Positions 11,301-18,908 of a DNA stretch of 64,000 nt are shown piece after piece (position 1 is the first letter of the stretch; every line of letters begins with the position of its first letter). Both the position numbers and the translations under genes were made by a program. The DNA is from Giardia intestinalis (lineage: Eukaryota). Location: the NCBI GenBank assembly GCA_000002435.2, contig CM018792.1, one strand, 5' to 3'. A model generated the notes under the pieces. That model was given only the letters and a program-made list of their open reading frames with translations, did not search any database and was not told the DNA's origin.

Positions 11301-11433
11301 AAGAAGTGAAAACAACAAAGGCATCGACAAGTCCCTTTGTGTCTTCATATACTGTTGGATAACAAGCATCCACCTCATCAGAGAGGCTAGAAAGTCCAGG
11401 TAATTGCCCAATTGCATTATCAGTTGCCAACAT
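5398..11433 (-). CDS. Very large (2011 aa) Leu-rich helical-repeat protein, function unassigned
   Basis: Single 6-kb ORF convergent with UPF1 (20 bp between stops). Leu/Ile-rich, low-complexity helical character. No P-loop, kinase or other catalytic motif seen. AT-rich ttaatttaattatag just upstream of the ATG. Confidence 0.6.
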   Translation of the reverse strand: MLATDNAIGQLPGLSSLSDEVDACYPTVYEDTKGLVDAFVVFTSSFSAHIIGQDGAIIWKDITTYGIDSSSNLRITVYTSETSLFTLSFTDAGVWSTCKEKLLFCQLSTSADGDGPGGFTLPHRSTSTLCRTELANQLDSHLDSPTILSTETSAAQSNDAGRAFSPEILCLYMHTSVFDESFSHVFRLFYDVVLLNNNVLTTLMMSPMKEDILDRTLTNLSAHALYPTHTRLHAHDLIGLLSVVNTFVLRNVTLSYELLSHDIRVTDSPGAHLRGQTPKDSFSIEETSYPYHSIRYLDILQQILSHRVISFSSAHQCVILSDERLAESIITALVLYFDSVCSFIGIFFGAPALAPLKRFFSTSSNVELSVVLSTSLYQQLQEILKLIFIVLSGCFPRGVSEHLLEFSPFHAAPTFDYQAVSKYFLTHVQNGDSLAKSYPSHKDTLEAIVYAHRKPMDRRDMVYNLLYLSFIIIDTFNQAATLDASISQLVIPNFSEKDSRLLFGGLLHELDAQITIFFLSLSLYESGNDSLVRDLLFGNVSWLISTESIGPGYNRNITEHDMELSVDAVVYNASRRFWLNAQPLIMLLRTLISIFQSSALFLFEFDPDLCVHFMNCILLVFMDEHLDLLHQAIAIEAERHLALNQRDSKANDASLRLHILLVMETLLRDFIQRISYVLTSILEAFTSISLLATSPPLSLIRQSCYRAALLGSVYLGRRVVRFYRSAQESPLTAPLTTYTSTCVNSIIHIFKQLTDASVQTYLDLSTYLMLTQYLAEFLNDTTESSTELTALKDVIASGLVSIVVRFIPQIPDGLTENKRDSIMSLSLGLEIITALDVTSLLTRSSRRKMEEQSILQVVTTCCTEQARLLSRFIALLPPILEAPKQSTFLPPLLPVNTEASMTINMLDLDCGETLNQHHFHEIMHLNLEALLINLVALYDHLHIQDFIDSFLDASKDSIVYSTEMMRKTKQVSILSNLDPELHNKIIDSVAHTALCLIADVFPFLTKEDRLFASAVETLSHTILGFLLLSLYRQLAVARTVADFYRPNDLFTLYFSLVKTDCLYTLFSPADLRILFVAIDMQSIIFRTLSRNVDVLRETTAAYNVLNLVITRLCRGTLLAGDAEVSASITSSCASQPYPLFRKEKRNSYPITARKVSQKSILAYLDNLSATLSYVAQREPSSVDAQLLILSAIASLFDCIAPTSVLQSEVTQIDELVDLRIYLESGHEAYSEVLLEEASNLVKNKIILLYIFKEPDGKRCNPLLLSALSTAIESADERLKRLGISLLYRCMFVIALKGISGEELFSFAFSPDVCAHLLSVFTIDTAKELLEPVLDVFDIGLQFLYEVEAMSTQKRRGLTSLVQYQTSYLKMITTLTALISRDHLSITESFYLRLSSFLTSLMILFNRLNLFKEFSAPFSALVNALIETAMPDYRQILGTSDPLPLLFSIANTLYTYLCMCMHEETFAKMPDNISKKKGSKRPSVTAHNITHLALSTPVDETSSERAGTVVITVCTILLNCFQSISETAPKSNDISFKKAISILYSLSQFGFAEADCVYILLYTYVGTLSHIGLLQTPDKDKEYDLQIKCVVRIFKAIINVIKNPCHSMFIEESLTNVLLVNGNDFLVFLCVCLAVAVRNPVLYKSLIQPYEDLARESEGNAAVSLWLSLFRLIKRARSLTDLVRSLADMSLEVLHCVFSHLVRKPAEQTSMFTTGPGRYLLSLLLHCFANNSEMSDNETPVSCTNPIQKPNGNHAQMAAEILALSMRAAPTQVSAILIKKSTMYILISSFEKLVAALLENELKNDRHDSFNQPDDNLDNRSMAAGTLGEILSIYADMALLRECSNIFRESNNHLLVLIAEFLQQLTQYYKRCLAGNQESSIHAPLQAKVEKCMTLAVLTLRNVVITAEDLSYITMNIKETKAYVLISGMYEYITLHTNPGADMAGLPAATEYLTIIIMHLITQAEDAGADHHAITLVKRYALQLEQKMQSTLQKDICVEECSALLGALNMLP

Positions 11434-11871
11434 CCCGCCTTCTTGATTCAGGGGCAGGTTTTGTGTTAATTTAATTATAGACTTGTATCAGCCGAGATAC
11501 AGATTGAAACCGAGAATCACAATACTACGGAATCTACTACTAGTCAAAAGCTATGGGACGACTGTAACCATTTCCTCGGTGTTCAATCTTGTTGCCGAGT
11601 AAATAGAAATTGATATCTTTTCACCTATGTACAAATCATAATAACCATAGTGGATTTACGAAGAGATCTATTCAGTGCCTTTAGCAACTTGACAATATCA
11701 TGCAAAAGAGCTGAAGTATTCGTGAAGGAGGTGGCCACACTATGTGGTGCAAAAGCCAGACGTCGTTTCTAATCAGGTACCTCTCCACTAGTAGCTCCTA
11801 GTAACTCAAGTCCCACGAATAGCCGGTTCGCCAACGTGTCACGAAGATAGCAGATAATGAGGCCTACTGCC

Positions 11872-11889
11872 TGGATACCTTGGATACCT
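11872..11889. repeat. Perfect 9-bp tandem duplication (tggatacct x2) inside a 0.9-kb ORF-free spacer
   Basis: ctggatacct|tggatacctg read directly from the sequence. Confidence 0.6.
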
Positions 11890-12368
11890 GAATCCTTATA
11901 GCAGCAACCGGCCCTCTGACTAGCAACCTCTCCAGCTTCTTCTGTACATTTTTACGGTGCCTCTTCACGTAATTACTTTGGCAGTGCATCCTTTCGTGCG
12001 TGCTTCTGAGCCACAATTCCAGACAGACATAAAGTGATGCTTTCCTTTGTCAATGAATTAGTCCAAGACTGCTTGCAAGTTTAGTCTTCCTCATTAGGCA
12101 CTGGGCCGATGACAATCCAGATTGTTGATACAATTGATTGTGTAATTACAATTGTGAAAACATTTATTTATATGTTTATCTACTAGAGCATTTCGTTGAA
12201 TAGAAGCTTTCTCATTACAACAGTATACAAGCTAATGCTTTTAGCATAAAAGATCTGTACATAGATTAGAGGAAAAAGTAGAGCCCTTGGCCTGGTAGAT
12301 CTCAAGACTGAAAGTCGCCCTACTCAAAGGCAAAGAGCAGCCCTCATCTGGAACAGCGAAGCTGCACC

Positions 12369-14111
12369 TCAAGTCTTCTGTGCATGCATTTTCTTTGCTC
12401 TTCGCAGCTTCAAGTTTTCTACCCTGATCCTTTTCAAACCGAAACCGAGGTGGACAATAGCAAGCAGAACAAAAACAGCAATGATTATAAATACAGTGAC
12501 GTAAACCATTGATGTGTCCGAGAAAACAAGCCGTTTGATCGGCATCGTGACGGAGATCCCTGACATGGGGTATGTGGCAGTGAAAAGTGCTTCTGTGAAG
12601 TGTCTAACAGCACCTATATTCCTATTCCGCTCTGATTGTTTGTATGAAGAAGTAAATGATTTCACTGCGGACTTACAGGATAGAATCCCCTCCACCTGCA
12701 CTGTGGCATAGTCATTACAGGTCCAGCACACAGAGTAATTTGCCAAAGAGAAGTAGTGGTTCTGGGTGAATGTGCCTAGGTCGGGTAGGGACAGACTCAA
12801 TGTGTATAGTAGGCTATACTTCAAGCTGATGGGGCACGTGTCAGATGTAGCGGAGGAAAAGTGGACACAGATGTCTGTGCTAGAAAAGGAAAGGTATGCG
12901 TCCTGCCAGCAGCCCAGCTGTTTATTGGTCACCTGCTGCTTGTAATAGAACGAAAGATCCCCGTTACTTCCTGTCTCTACTATTTCCAGAATTAGGATCA
13001 TAGAGTCCAAATTGGTTAGCCTAAATGCATTGGAAAGAAGCAACTTGCACGTCAGATCTCCATTGGCACATTGAAAGTCTATCGTTTGAGTATCTGAGAA
13101 GTTGAATGCAGAAAGTGAGATGCCCTCCATTGTGGCTTTTAAACCGGCATTAGTATAGAACAGATGGCAATTGAAGGCACGTTGCCCGTTGGCCAACACT
13201 TGGCAATCTTGGTTGCTAGGGTTGTTTGCTCCCTCAACAAGCATACGTATTCTATCTCCGTAGATTGATGCCGCGATAGACCTAGTACAGGAAGCCTTGG
13301 CTGAGCTATAAAGACTAAGAAGCTCCATTGATAAGGGAATTTCCACTGTTTTATCCTTCGCTGTACCTACCTTAATGGTGTAGTTTAGTTGAACGCTTAC
13401 CCAGGGATCTTTAACTGCCAAGAGGAGCGTGGTGAGCTGATCAGATGAAATGGTCGTCAACGGGAAGGTTAGATCTGCGGGCTGAATAGGTGGCTGCTTT
13501 ATATTGAAGGAGGTCGTTAGAATGAAGTTTCCGGCAGCATTTTTCACAGCCAGTGTGCCAGACACTACTTCTGGTTTAGCTGGATTATCACAGAGGCCTG
13601 TCTCAACGAGCTTGAGATTCCCCGATCCCGTTGTGTAGTCAAATGTGGCTAAGGATTGTGTCTCTGAGAAGCACTTTGTTAGATGCTCTCTGTTACCTGA
13701 TATGGATGCAAAGTTGACGTTGGCTCTGTAGCGAACGGTTTGAATGCAGAGTGATGCATACTCAGATGTGAAGAATGCCTCCATGCAGCGCTTTAGGACG
13801 ACATCGTCGGTCTGTGGACATGCAAAGGTGATTGTCTGGTCCATGGAATAATTGAAAGCACTTACGGAGGCAATGATCGTCTCATTGAACTTAGAAATAT
13901 TCAAGTGCATAGACACAGAGTCTGTGAATACCTTACAAGCAATGAGCATGGTGGGGGTAATTGTAACACTAATACTGGCTGTTGGGATGTCATAGATAAC
14001 TTCACTGAAGGGAGACCAACAATTGTGGACTTCCTCCTGCTCGACCCCGCCTCCAAGAAGAGGCCACAGCAGGCCCCCGATGACCAGTGTTGCCATCTCA
14101 GCAAAGAGCAC
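12369..14111 (-). CDS. Type I membrane glycoprotein (signal peptide + C-terminal TM + basic tail), unknown function
   Basis: N-terminal hydrophobic leader (ATLVIGGLLWPLLGGG). Many N-x-S/T sequons. Single C-terminal TM (VYVTVFIIIAVFVLLAIVHLGFG) followed by basic tail KRIRVENLKLRRAKK. About 3% Cys, no CXXC arrays and no CRGKA tail. Confidence 0.55.
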   Translation of the reverse strand: MLFAEMATLVIGGLLWPLLGGGVEQEEVHNCWSPFSEVIYDIPTASISVTITPTMLIACKVFTDSVSMHLNISKFNETIIASVSAFNYSMDQTITFACPQTDDVVLKRCMEAFFTSEYASLCIQTVRYRANVNFASISGNREHLTKCFSETQSLATFDYTTGSGNLKLVETGLCDNPAKPEVVSGTLAVKNAAGNFILTTSFNIKQPPIQPADLTFPLTTISSDQLTTLLLAVKDPWVSVQLNYTIKVGTAKDKTVEIPLSMELLSLYSSAKASCTRSIAASIYGDRIRMLVEGANNPSNQDCQVLANGQRAFNCHLFYTNAGLKATMEGISLSAFNFSDTQTIDFQCANGDLTCKLLLSNAFRLTNLDSMILILEIVETGSNGDLSFYYKQQVTNKQLGCWQDAYLSFSSTDICVHFSSATSDTCPISLKYSLLYTLSLSLPDLGTFTQNHYFSLANYSVCWTCNDYATVQVEGILSCKSAVKSFTSSYKQSERNRNIGAVRHFTEALFTATYPMSGISVTMPIKRLVFSDTSMVYVTVFIIIAVFVLLAIVHLGFGLKRIRVENLKLRRAKKMHAQKT

Positions 14112-14126
14112 AGGAGGTTTATTTAT

Positions 14127-17100
14127 TCAAAACTGGTATCTGTGCCTTCGTCGAGCGGCCTCGGCAGCGTCAGCTTCGCGTTTCCGATGAGCCAGCACGG
14201 ACTCCCTTTCTAGGCGGAGAAGCTCGTTGCCGCGGACTTGGGCGACTTCGACCTCACAGTCTCTATCGTATTGCCCAATATAGCTTGTGCCCTGGAATAT
14301 TGTGACAGCCTCGCCCAGTGACTTTACAAGCCCTTCTGAACGGCTTATGACAGATTTTGATAGGAGCTTCAGGTCATTCCGCAGCCCAGCGTCTCTCTTG
14401 ATCGTCTGCTCCAAAAGAGGAACCGTGTGGAGCAGAAAGGTCTGCGCCCATTCCATGCCAGCGCTAATATATGGAGTTTCTCGAACAAACTGTGCCAACA
14501 TTGTTATGAATTTCCGATAGTGCTTGGAATTTAAAAGCTGTATTGTGTGTAAAATGATCCTCTCAATGTCGGCTTTTAATTTAGACGCTTTATAGATGGT
14601 TGTTATGTAAAGCTCAAACAACTCCTTGTTGTGCAAAATCATGGCAATCTGAAGCCCATGGGCCAGACACGGTATGTTGTTATGATCAAATTTCTCCATT
14701 CTAAGAGAGCCGGACACGATACTGTTTGCGTGCTCTCTCTCGTAGCAATCTAAAATGATCCCTGCTGAAGTAGCCACTGTCACCTCAATTCCTAGATCAG
14801 CTATGTCTATATACCTGTTGTACTTGGTAGTCTCCCTAGTGTACTCCAATGCTCCAAAGGGCGTAAGGGCCAAGAAGCGCATTCCATCCGGAGAGACACA
14901 GAGGTCAATCACTCGTGCCTCCAGCCGCTTTCCAGTGACCTCCTGAAGCGAGTCAACGACTCTCCGTGACTCACGGTCCCGTATCTTTGTCAATTGCACA
15001 AGGCTGCGGACGGCCATGCCGGCCTCGTCATCACTGGAGTCTGAAATATGCTTGTCAAGTATCTCACGTGTATTCTTATCCAGAATGTCTCTCTTTCTAA
15101 CACCAGCTATGCCCTTATCGATGGTGATCTGATACTTTCCCACAAGTGTGTATGGCCATGTCTTGTATAAATACACGATTATGTACTTGGAGTCTCCAGC
15201 GCAAATAAGGAAGTCACCCACGATGCAGAAGTTCTTGCACGCTTTCCCATAAGAGCTTGACATATAGTGTCTATGTTCATCGTCTTTGAACCCACCAAGT
15301 ATGTCTCTCCCAACGTTAAATACTCCCGTTTGCTCTCCACCTTCCACGCTCCATATGGTGATCCTTCCGTTACTTGTCGAGGTCAAGAGCTGCAACCCGT
15401 CGGGGGTGAAGTCGACTTGCAACACCTCCACACCCTCGGGTAAGATCTCACACGGGATACTCGGTGAGAAGGTGCTCCATACACGCGTTGTTCCATCCCA
15501 GCTACTGCTTGCAAGCTCTCCTGTCCCCAAGGGTGAAAAGCTGAGAGACGTTATGGGACCTGTGTGGCCAGACAGAACTTCCAAGAGCTTAGATGTGCGG
15601 AGCTGGAATAGATATATCTCAAAGTCTCCATCCGAGCATCCCACTGCTATTATGTCCCCGGAAGGCTCTACCGCCAGGGCAGAGAAAGACCTAATGATTC
15701 CGCGGCTAATTGAATTGGTTAGCGCATTCAGATCGTTTGCAATTATCCTTGTATTAATAGAAAGTTTCCGGAATGTCACTTTCTTGGTTAAGTCAAATGC
15801 AAAGACCAAACCGTCGGCGCCTGCAGAGATCAGCACGCGGCTTGTCTTACTGAATCGCACCTTTGTCACAGCCGCTAAGTGATTTGTTACAACAGCATAT
15901 GAGAAGCCAGAAGCAAGGTCATATACGTGCACGGCTCCATTGACACACCCTATGGCATAAAATTCACCATTTTCGGAAACATCTGCACAGGTCGTTTGAG
16001 GGGGCGGTACCTCCTGGATGACAAACGTCTCGGCCAGATAATCGAACACGCACAGCGAGTGATCGTGGCTGCAAGCCAACATTAAGTAGTTTTTGTAGAT
16101 ACATGCTGAAGTGATAGGGTATGTGCAGGCTTTGAGATTATGAATGTGCTTGAAGTGAGAGATACGGGAGCTTGACTTCGAGCACTGTTCGTTCCAGAGC
16201 AGAACGTCCTCCACCGATAGAGACTCTCGCTCAATAGCAAGCTTAAAATACAAGGTATCAAATGCATATAGGCTATAGTGGCCATCTGCAAAGCCCACTA
16301 CGATAGTCCCAGCAGATGGTGCAATGGATTGGGGGTCGTCATTGTTTCCTATCTCAAATCCTGCTGATAGGATGATTGCTGATGCCTGCTCCTCTGCTCT
16401 CTTTCTATCATACCCAGTGTATACTTTTTCTGGTTCGAGATTGTAATCAATCACCGGATTCTCGAGTAGCTTTGTTGTCTCCAGATTATCAATAGATATC
16501 TTATTCCCATCATGATCTATGATAAAGTTCTTGGCATCCTCAGTCTTGCTTTCATCGTCCTTTTCATCCGTATCGGACCGCTCCTGCTCCTTGTCATATA
16601 AAAGCCGCGTGTCTCTGAGGATGTCCCTTTTCTCAATTAGATGCCAGGCCCAGGCACTTGTGGCCTCCGGCGCTCCTGATTCCTCGCTCGATTCTTGCTC
16701 ATGTTCCTCATCTTCGTGGCCAGCTCCTGGGGCCCACACATTTAGAAAGCCCTTTCTCGAAACTGTCACTATACTATATGAAGGCAAGGTGCCCTTTGCA
16801 GCCCTCTCTAGGTCGACGTGCTCCAAGTTCACGTAGGTATCAATCATGTCTGCAATGCGCGACGTTGTTCCCTCCGAGAACTCTGTTTGAGTAGGGTCCT
16901 CACTATCTAACTCAATCCCTGTCACCTGCAACTTCATAAACTCATACAGACTCATCTGTGGGTTCTTTATAAACGAGCGAATGTCAAGCAAGGATCCACG
17001 CTGGGCTGCATCCTCCGTCACTGCCTGGATGCAGTAGGCATCAGAGGACCCTCCACTGTGGCCACCCAGGTGAGCTGTGCTGTAGTTCAGTACTAGGCGA

Positions 17101-17645
17101 AGAGGATGGGTGGGGTCGAGCACCGAGTAGCACTTAACGTTATTGGAGTTTCCAGCCACTACTAGAAATAGCTCATCAGGTGTGAAGCGCATAGACATCA
17201 CGCGCATGCCACATGGCACGGTAGTTATTAGCTCGAATTTGGAGGAGCTGAGTGTAGTCACTCCAGAGCGTAGATTCATCAGCGGGGTTGCCCACACATG
17301 AATTGACCTAGACGATGATACAGCTAGAATGGATCCATCAGAATTGAAGCAAAGAGCCTCAACTGGATACCCGAAGGCCATACGGCACAAACTCAAGCCA
17401 GACTCAACGGAAATAAGTGATCCGTTGTTACGGTTATCAACAGCAAAGATAAAGCGCTCATTGGCCGTGATGGTGAACCGCTTGAGCTTGTATCTGGCCT
17501 CGTATGGAAGTGTGATGGATGTTTTGGAAAAGGGGTTGATTGAGCGAATGCGATTGTGTGCTATCGTATATATGTCTCCACTGGCACAATGTATCTTTCC
17601 AGCCGTGTGAATATCTGTTAAAAGGTTGTTGAAAGAGTACGCCAT
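14127..17645 (-). CDS. WD40-repeat protein with C-terminal Utp12-like helical domain (PWP2/UTP12/UTP21-like SSU-processome candidate)
   Basis: Multiple WD signatures (SGHTGPITSLSFSP..SSSWDGTTRVWS; ISAGADGLVFAFDL; IAVGCSDGDFEIY). Acidic insert (HEDEEHEQESSEESG). C-terminal helical region (MEWAQTFLLHTVPLLEQ) resembling Utp12/Dip2 domains. Family assignment is tentative. Confidence 0.5.
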   Translation of the reverse strand: MAYSFNNLLTDIHTAGKIHCASGDIYTIAHNRIRSINPFSKTSITLPYEARYKLKRFTITANERFIFAVDNRNNGSLISVESGLSLCRMAFGYPVEALCFNSDGSILAVSSSRSIHVWATPLMNLRSGVTTLSSSKFELITTVPCGMRVMSMRFTPDELFLVVAGNSNNVKCYSVLDPTHPLRLVLNYSTAHLGGHSGGSSDAYCIQAVTEDAAQRGSLLDIRSFIKNPQMSLYEFMKLQVTGIELDSEDPTQTEFSEGTTSRIADMIDTYVNLEHVDLERAAKGTLPSYSIVTVSRKGFLNVWAPGAGHEDEEHEQESSEESGAPEATSAWAWHLIEKRDILRDTRLLYDKEQERSDTDEKDDESKTEDAKNFIIDHDGNKISIDNLETTKLLENPVIDYNLEPEKVYTGYDRKRAEEQASAIILSAGFEIGNNDDPQSIAPSAGTIVVGFADGHYSLYAFDTLYFKLAIERESLSVEDVLLWNEQCSKSSSRISHFKHIHNLKACTYPITSACIYKNYLMLACSHDHSLCVFDYLAETFVIQEVPPPQTTCADVSENGEFYAIGCVNGAVHVYDLASGFSYAVVTNHLAAVTKVRFSKTSRVLISAGADGLVFAFDLTKKVTFRKLSINTRIIANDLNALTNSISRGIIRSFSALAVEPSGDIIAVGCSDGDFEIYLFQLRTSKLLEVLSGHTGPITSLSFSPLGTGELASSSWDGTTRVWSTFSPSIPCEILPEGVEVLQVDFTPDGLQLLTSTSNGRITIWSVEGGEQTGVFNVGRDILGGFKDDEHRHYMSSSYGKACKNFCIVGDFLICAGDSKYIIVYLYKTWPYTLVGKYQITIDKGIAGVRKRDILDKNTREILDKHISDSSDDEAGMAVRSLVQLTKIRDRESRRVVDSLQEVTGKRLEARVIDLCVSPDGMRFLALTPFGALEYTRETTKYNRYIDIADLGIEVTVATSAGIILDCYEREHANSIVSGSLRMEKFDHNNIPCLAHGLQIAMILHNKELFELYITTIYKASKLKADIERIILHTIQLLNSKHYRKFITMLAQFVRETPYISAGMEWAQTFLLHTVPLLEQTIKRDAGLRNDLKLLSKSVISRSEGLVKSLGEAVTIFQGTSYIGQYDRDCEVEVAQVRGNELLRLERESVLAHRKREADAAEAARRRHRYQF

Positions 17646-17681
17646 TAGTGCAATTAAAAATTACCTCCGGAGTTTTTTCAA
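17646..17681. promoter_or_regulatory. 36-bp AT-rich bidirectional promoter spacer between the divergent WD40 gene (-) and paralog A (+)
   Basis: tgcaattaaaaattacctccggagttttttcaa lies between two divergent ATGs, with AT-rich initiator-like elements at both ends. Confidence 0.45.
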
Positions 17682-18908
17682 ATGTCCCGCTCGTCTGCTT
17701 CTCTCTTCAACATTATTGCCTCTCCGGCGGTGACTCGCATCGCTCGCTTTATCCTCTCAAGCAATGAGAATCAATTTATCCATTTTTTCTCGGCGTTGTA
17801 TCCGGCTGGAGCTCCCCATACAGTCATCGCAAGATCTGTCGACGGGTCTCACTACGTCATCGACATGAAGGCCCGAAAGATCCACAATACGTTTGGCCGC
17901 AAAGAATTCCTTGCTGCCACAAACACCAACACCAAGCTTTGGTGCAGCATCGACCCGGCGAAAAATGCCATCTTCATCCGCGACTGGGAGGCCCCCAAGC
18001 TACTAATATACCAAGAATTCACTGACAGAGTTCCTGTCTCGATAGCTTTGTCCAAGGACTATGTGGCTATCGTCAGCGTGCCGTACAATAGAAAGCACCG
18101 CGGCAAGGATGGAATCTCCGCTGAGCAAATCCATGCGCTTCCTGATGCAGCTACCTCCTTAGACAACGTTGAAACAAGCTCAGTTGCTGGCTCCTTCACT
18201 AGCGATGGCCAGTCACTGGCCAACTTCACCGGCCACATTGCGAGCGTCGACGTTGCGTACGCTCTGACAAAGGAAGGGGCCCGCAAGGGGCTGCCTGATT
18301 TGGTCAATCGGCCGGGTGTTGAAAAGAGTACAGAGTCAGGTCTCCTCAATTTCACGATCAGTATATATCGGTTTAGGAAGCTAGAAAGTAAAGATGCACA
18401 CACCAAGTATGCCGGGCAGGTGGTCTCTAAGTGTGAACTAGTGCGCCAATCACACTTAGACTTCGCTGCATCTGGCATTATATCGACGGCGTTCGACCAT
18501 GCAGACAGCTCACAGCTCTACATTGCACTGCAGAGTGACGAGCTAATTACTCTCGACACCACAACAAACGAACTGTATCGCGAGACGACCGATGGATACC
18601 CTTGGGAAGTTTTGTCCGCAGGATACGGCAAGGAGTACAGCATCCGTGTCCCTGTGGCTGGAAGGCGCACACAAGCCATGAAACTTTCAGTGCCCATAAG
18701 CTGCTATGGCACATACGTGGTAAGTTCAAACCGCGAGTCGTCCACTTTATACAAAAATGGAGAGCCTATCATTGAGGGATTCCCACCAGCGACCTGTGTG
18801 TCGCCAGACTCTGCCTTTGTGTGGTTCTACCTCAACGGAGTCTTCTACGAGCTGGATCTTCACAAGCTCGCTGAGATGAAAGAGACAATCCAAATTAAGT
18901 GCCTATAG
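17682..18908 (+). CDS. Hypothetical protein, paralog A (shares N- and C-terminal domains with ORF 21404..23065)
   Basis: 408-aa ORF. N-terminal block FIHFFSALYP..GSHYV..NTFGRK..LWCSIDP..IRDWEAPKLLIYQEF and C-terminal block LSVPISCYGTYVVSSNRESSTLYKNGEPIIEGFPPATCVSPDSAFVWFY align to the downstream paralog. Divergent from the WD40 gene with a 36-bp AT-rich spacer. Confidence 0.6.
   Translation: MSRSSASLFNIIASPAVTRIARFILSSNENQFIHFFSALYPAGAPHTVIARSVDGSHYVIDMKARKIHNTFGRKEFLAATNTNTKLWCSIDPAKNAIFIRDWEAPKLLIYQEFTDRVPVSIALSKDYVAIVSVPYNRKHRGKDGISAEQIHALPDAATSLDNVETSSVAGSFTSDGQSLANFTGHIASVDVAYALTKEGARKGLPDLVNRPGVEKSTESGLLNFTISIYRFRKLESKDAHTKYAGQVVSKCELVRQSHLDFAASGIISTAFDHADSSQLYIALQSDELITLDTTTNELYRETTDGYPWEVLSAGYGKEYSIRVPVAGRRTQAMKLSVPISCYGTYVVSSNRESSTLYKNGEPIIEGFPPATCVSPDSAFVWFYLNGVFYELDLHKLAEMKETIQIKCL

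Noticed and set aside
11820-11850. ggttcg motif as a possible tRNA T-loop in the ORF-free spacer
   Set aside because: The context (ggttcgccaac) lacks the invariant A58/C61 positions of a T-loop, and no acceptor-stem complementarity is evident by eye.
12369-14111. Variant-specific surface protein (VSP) or high-cysteine membrane protein call for the type I membrane protein
   Set aside because: Only about 3% Cys, no CXXC repeats, no GGCY motif and no CRGKA cytoplasmic tail.
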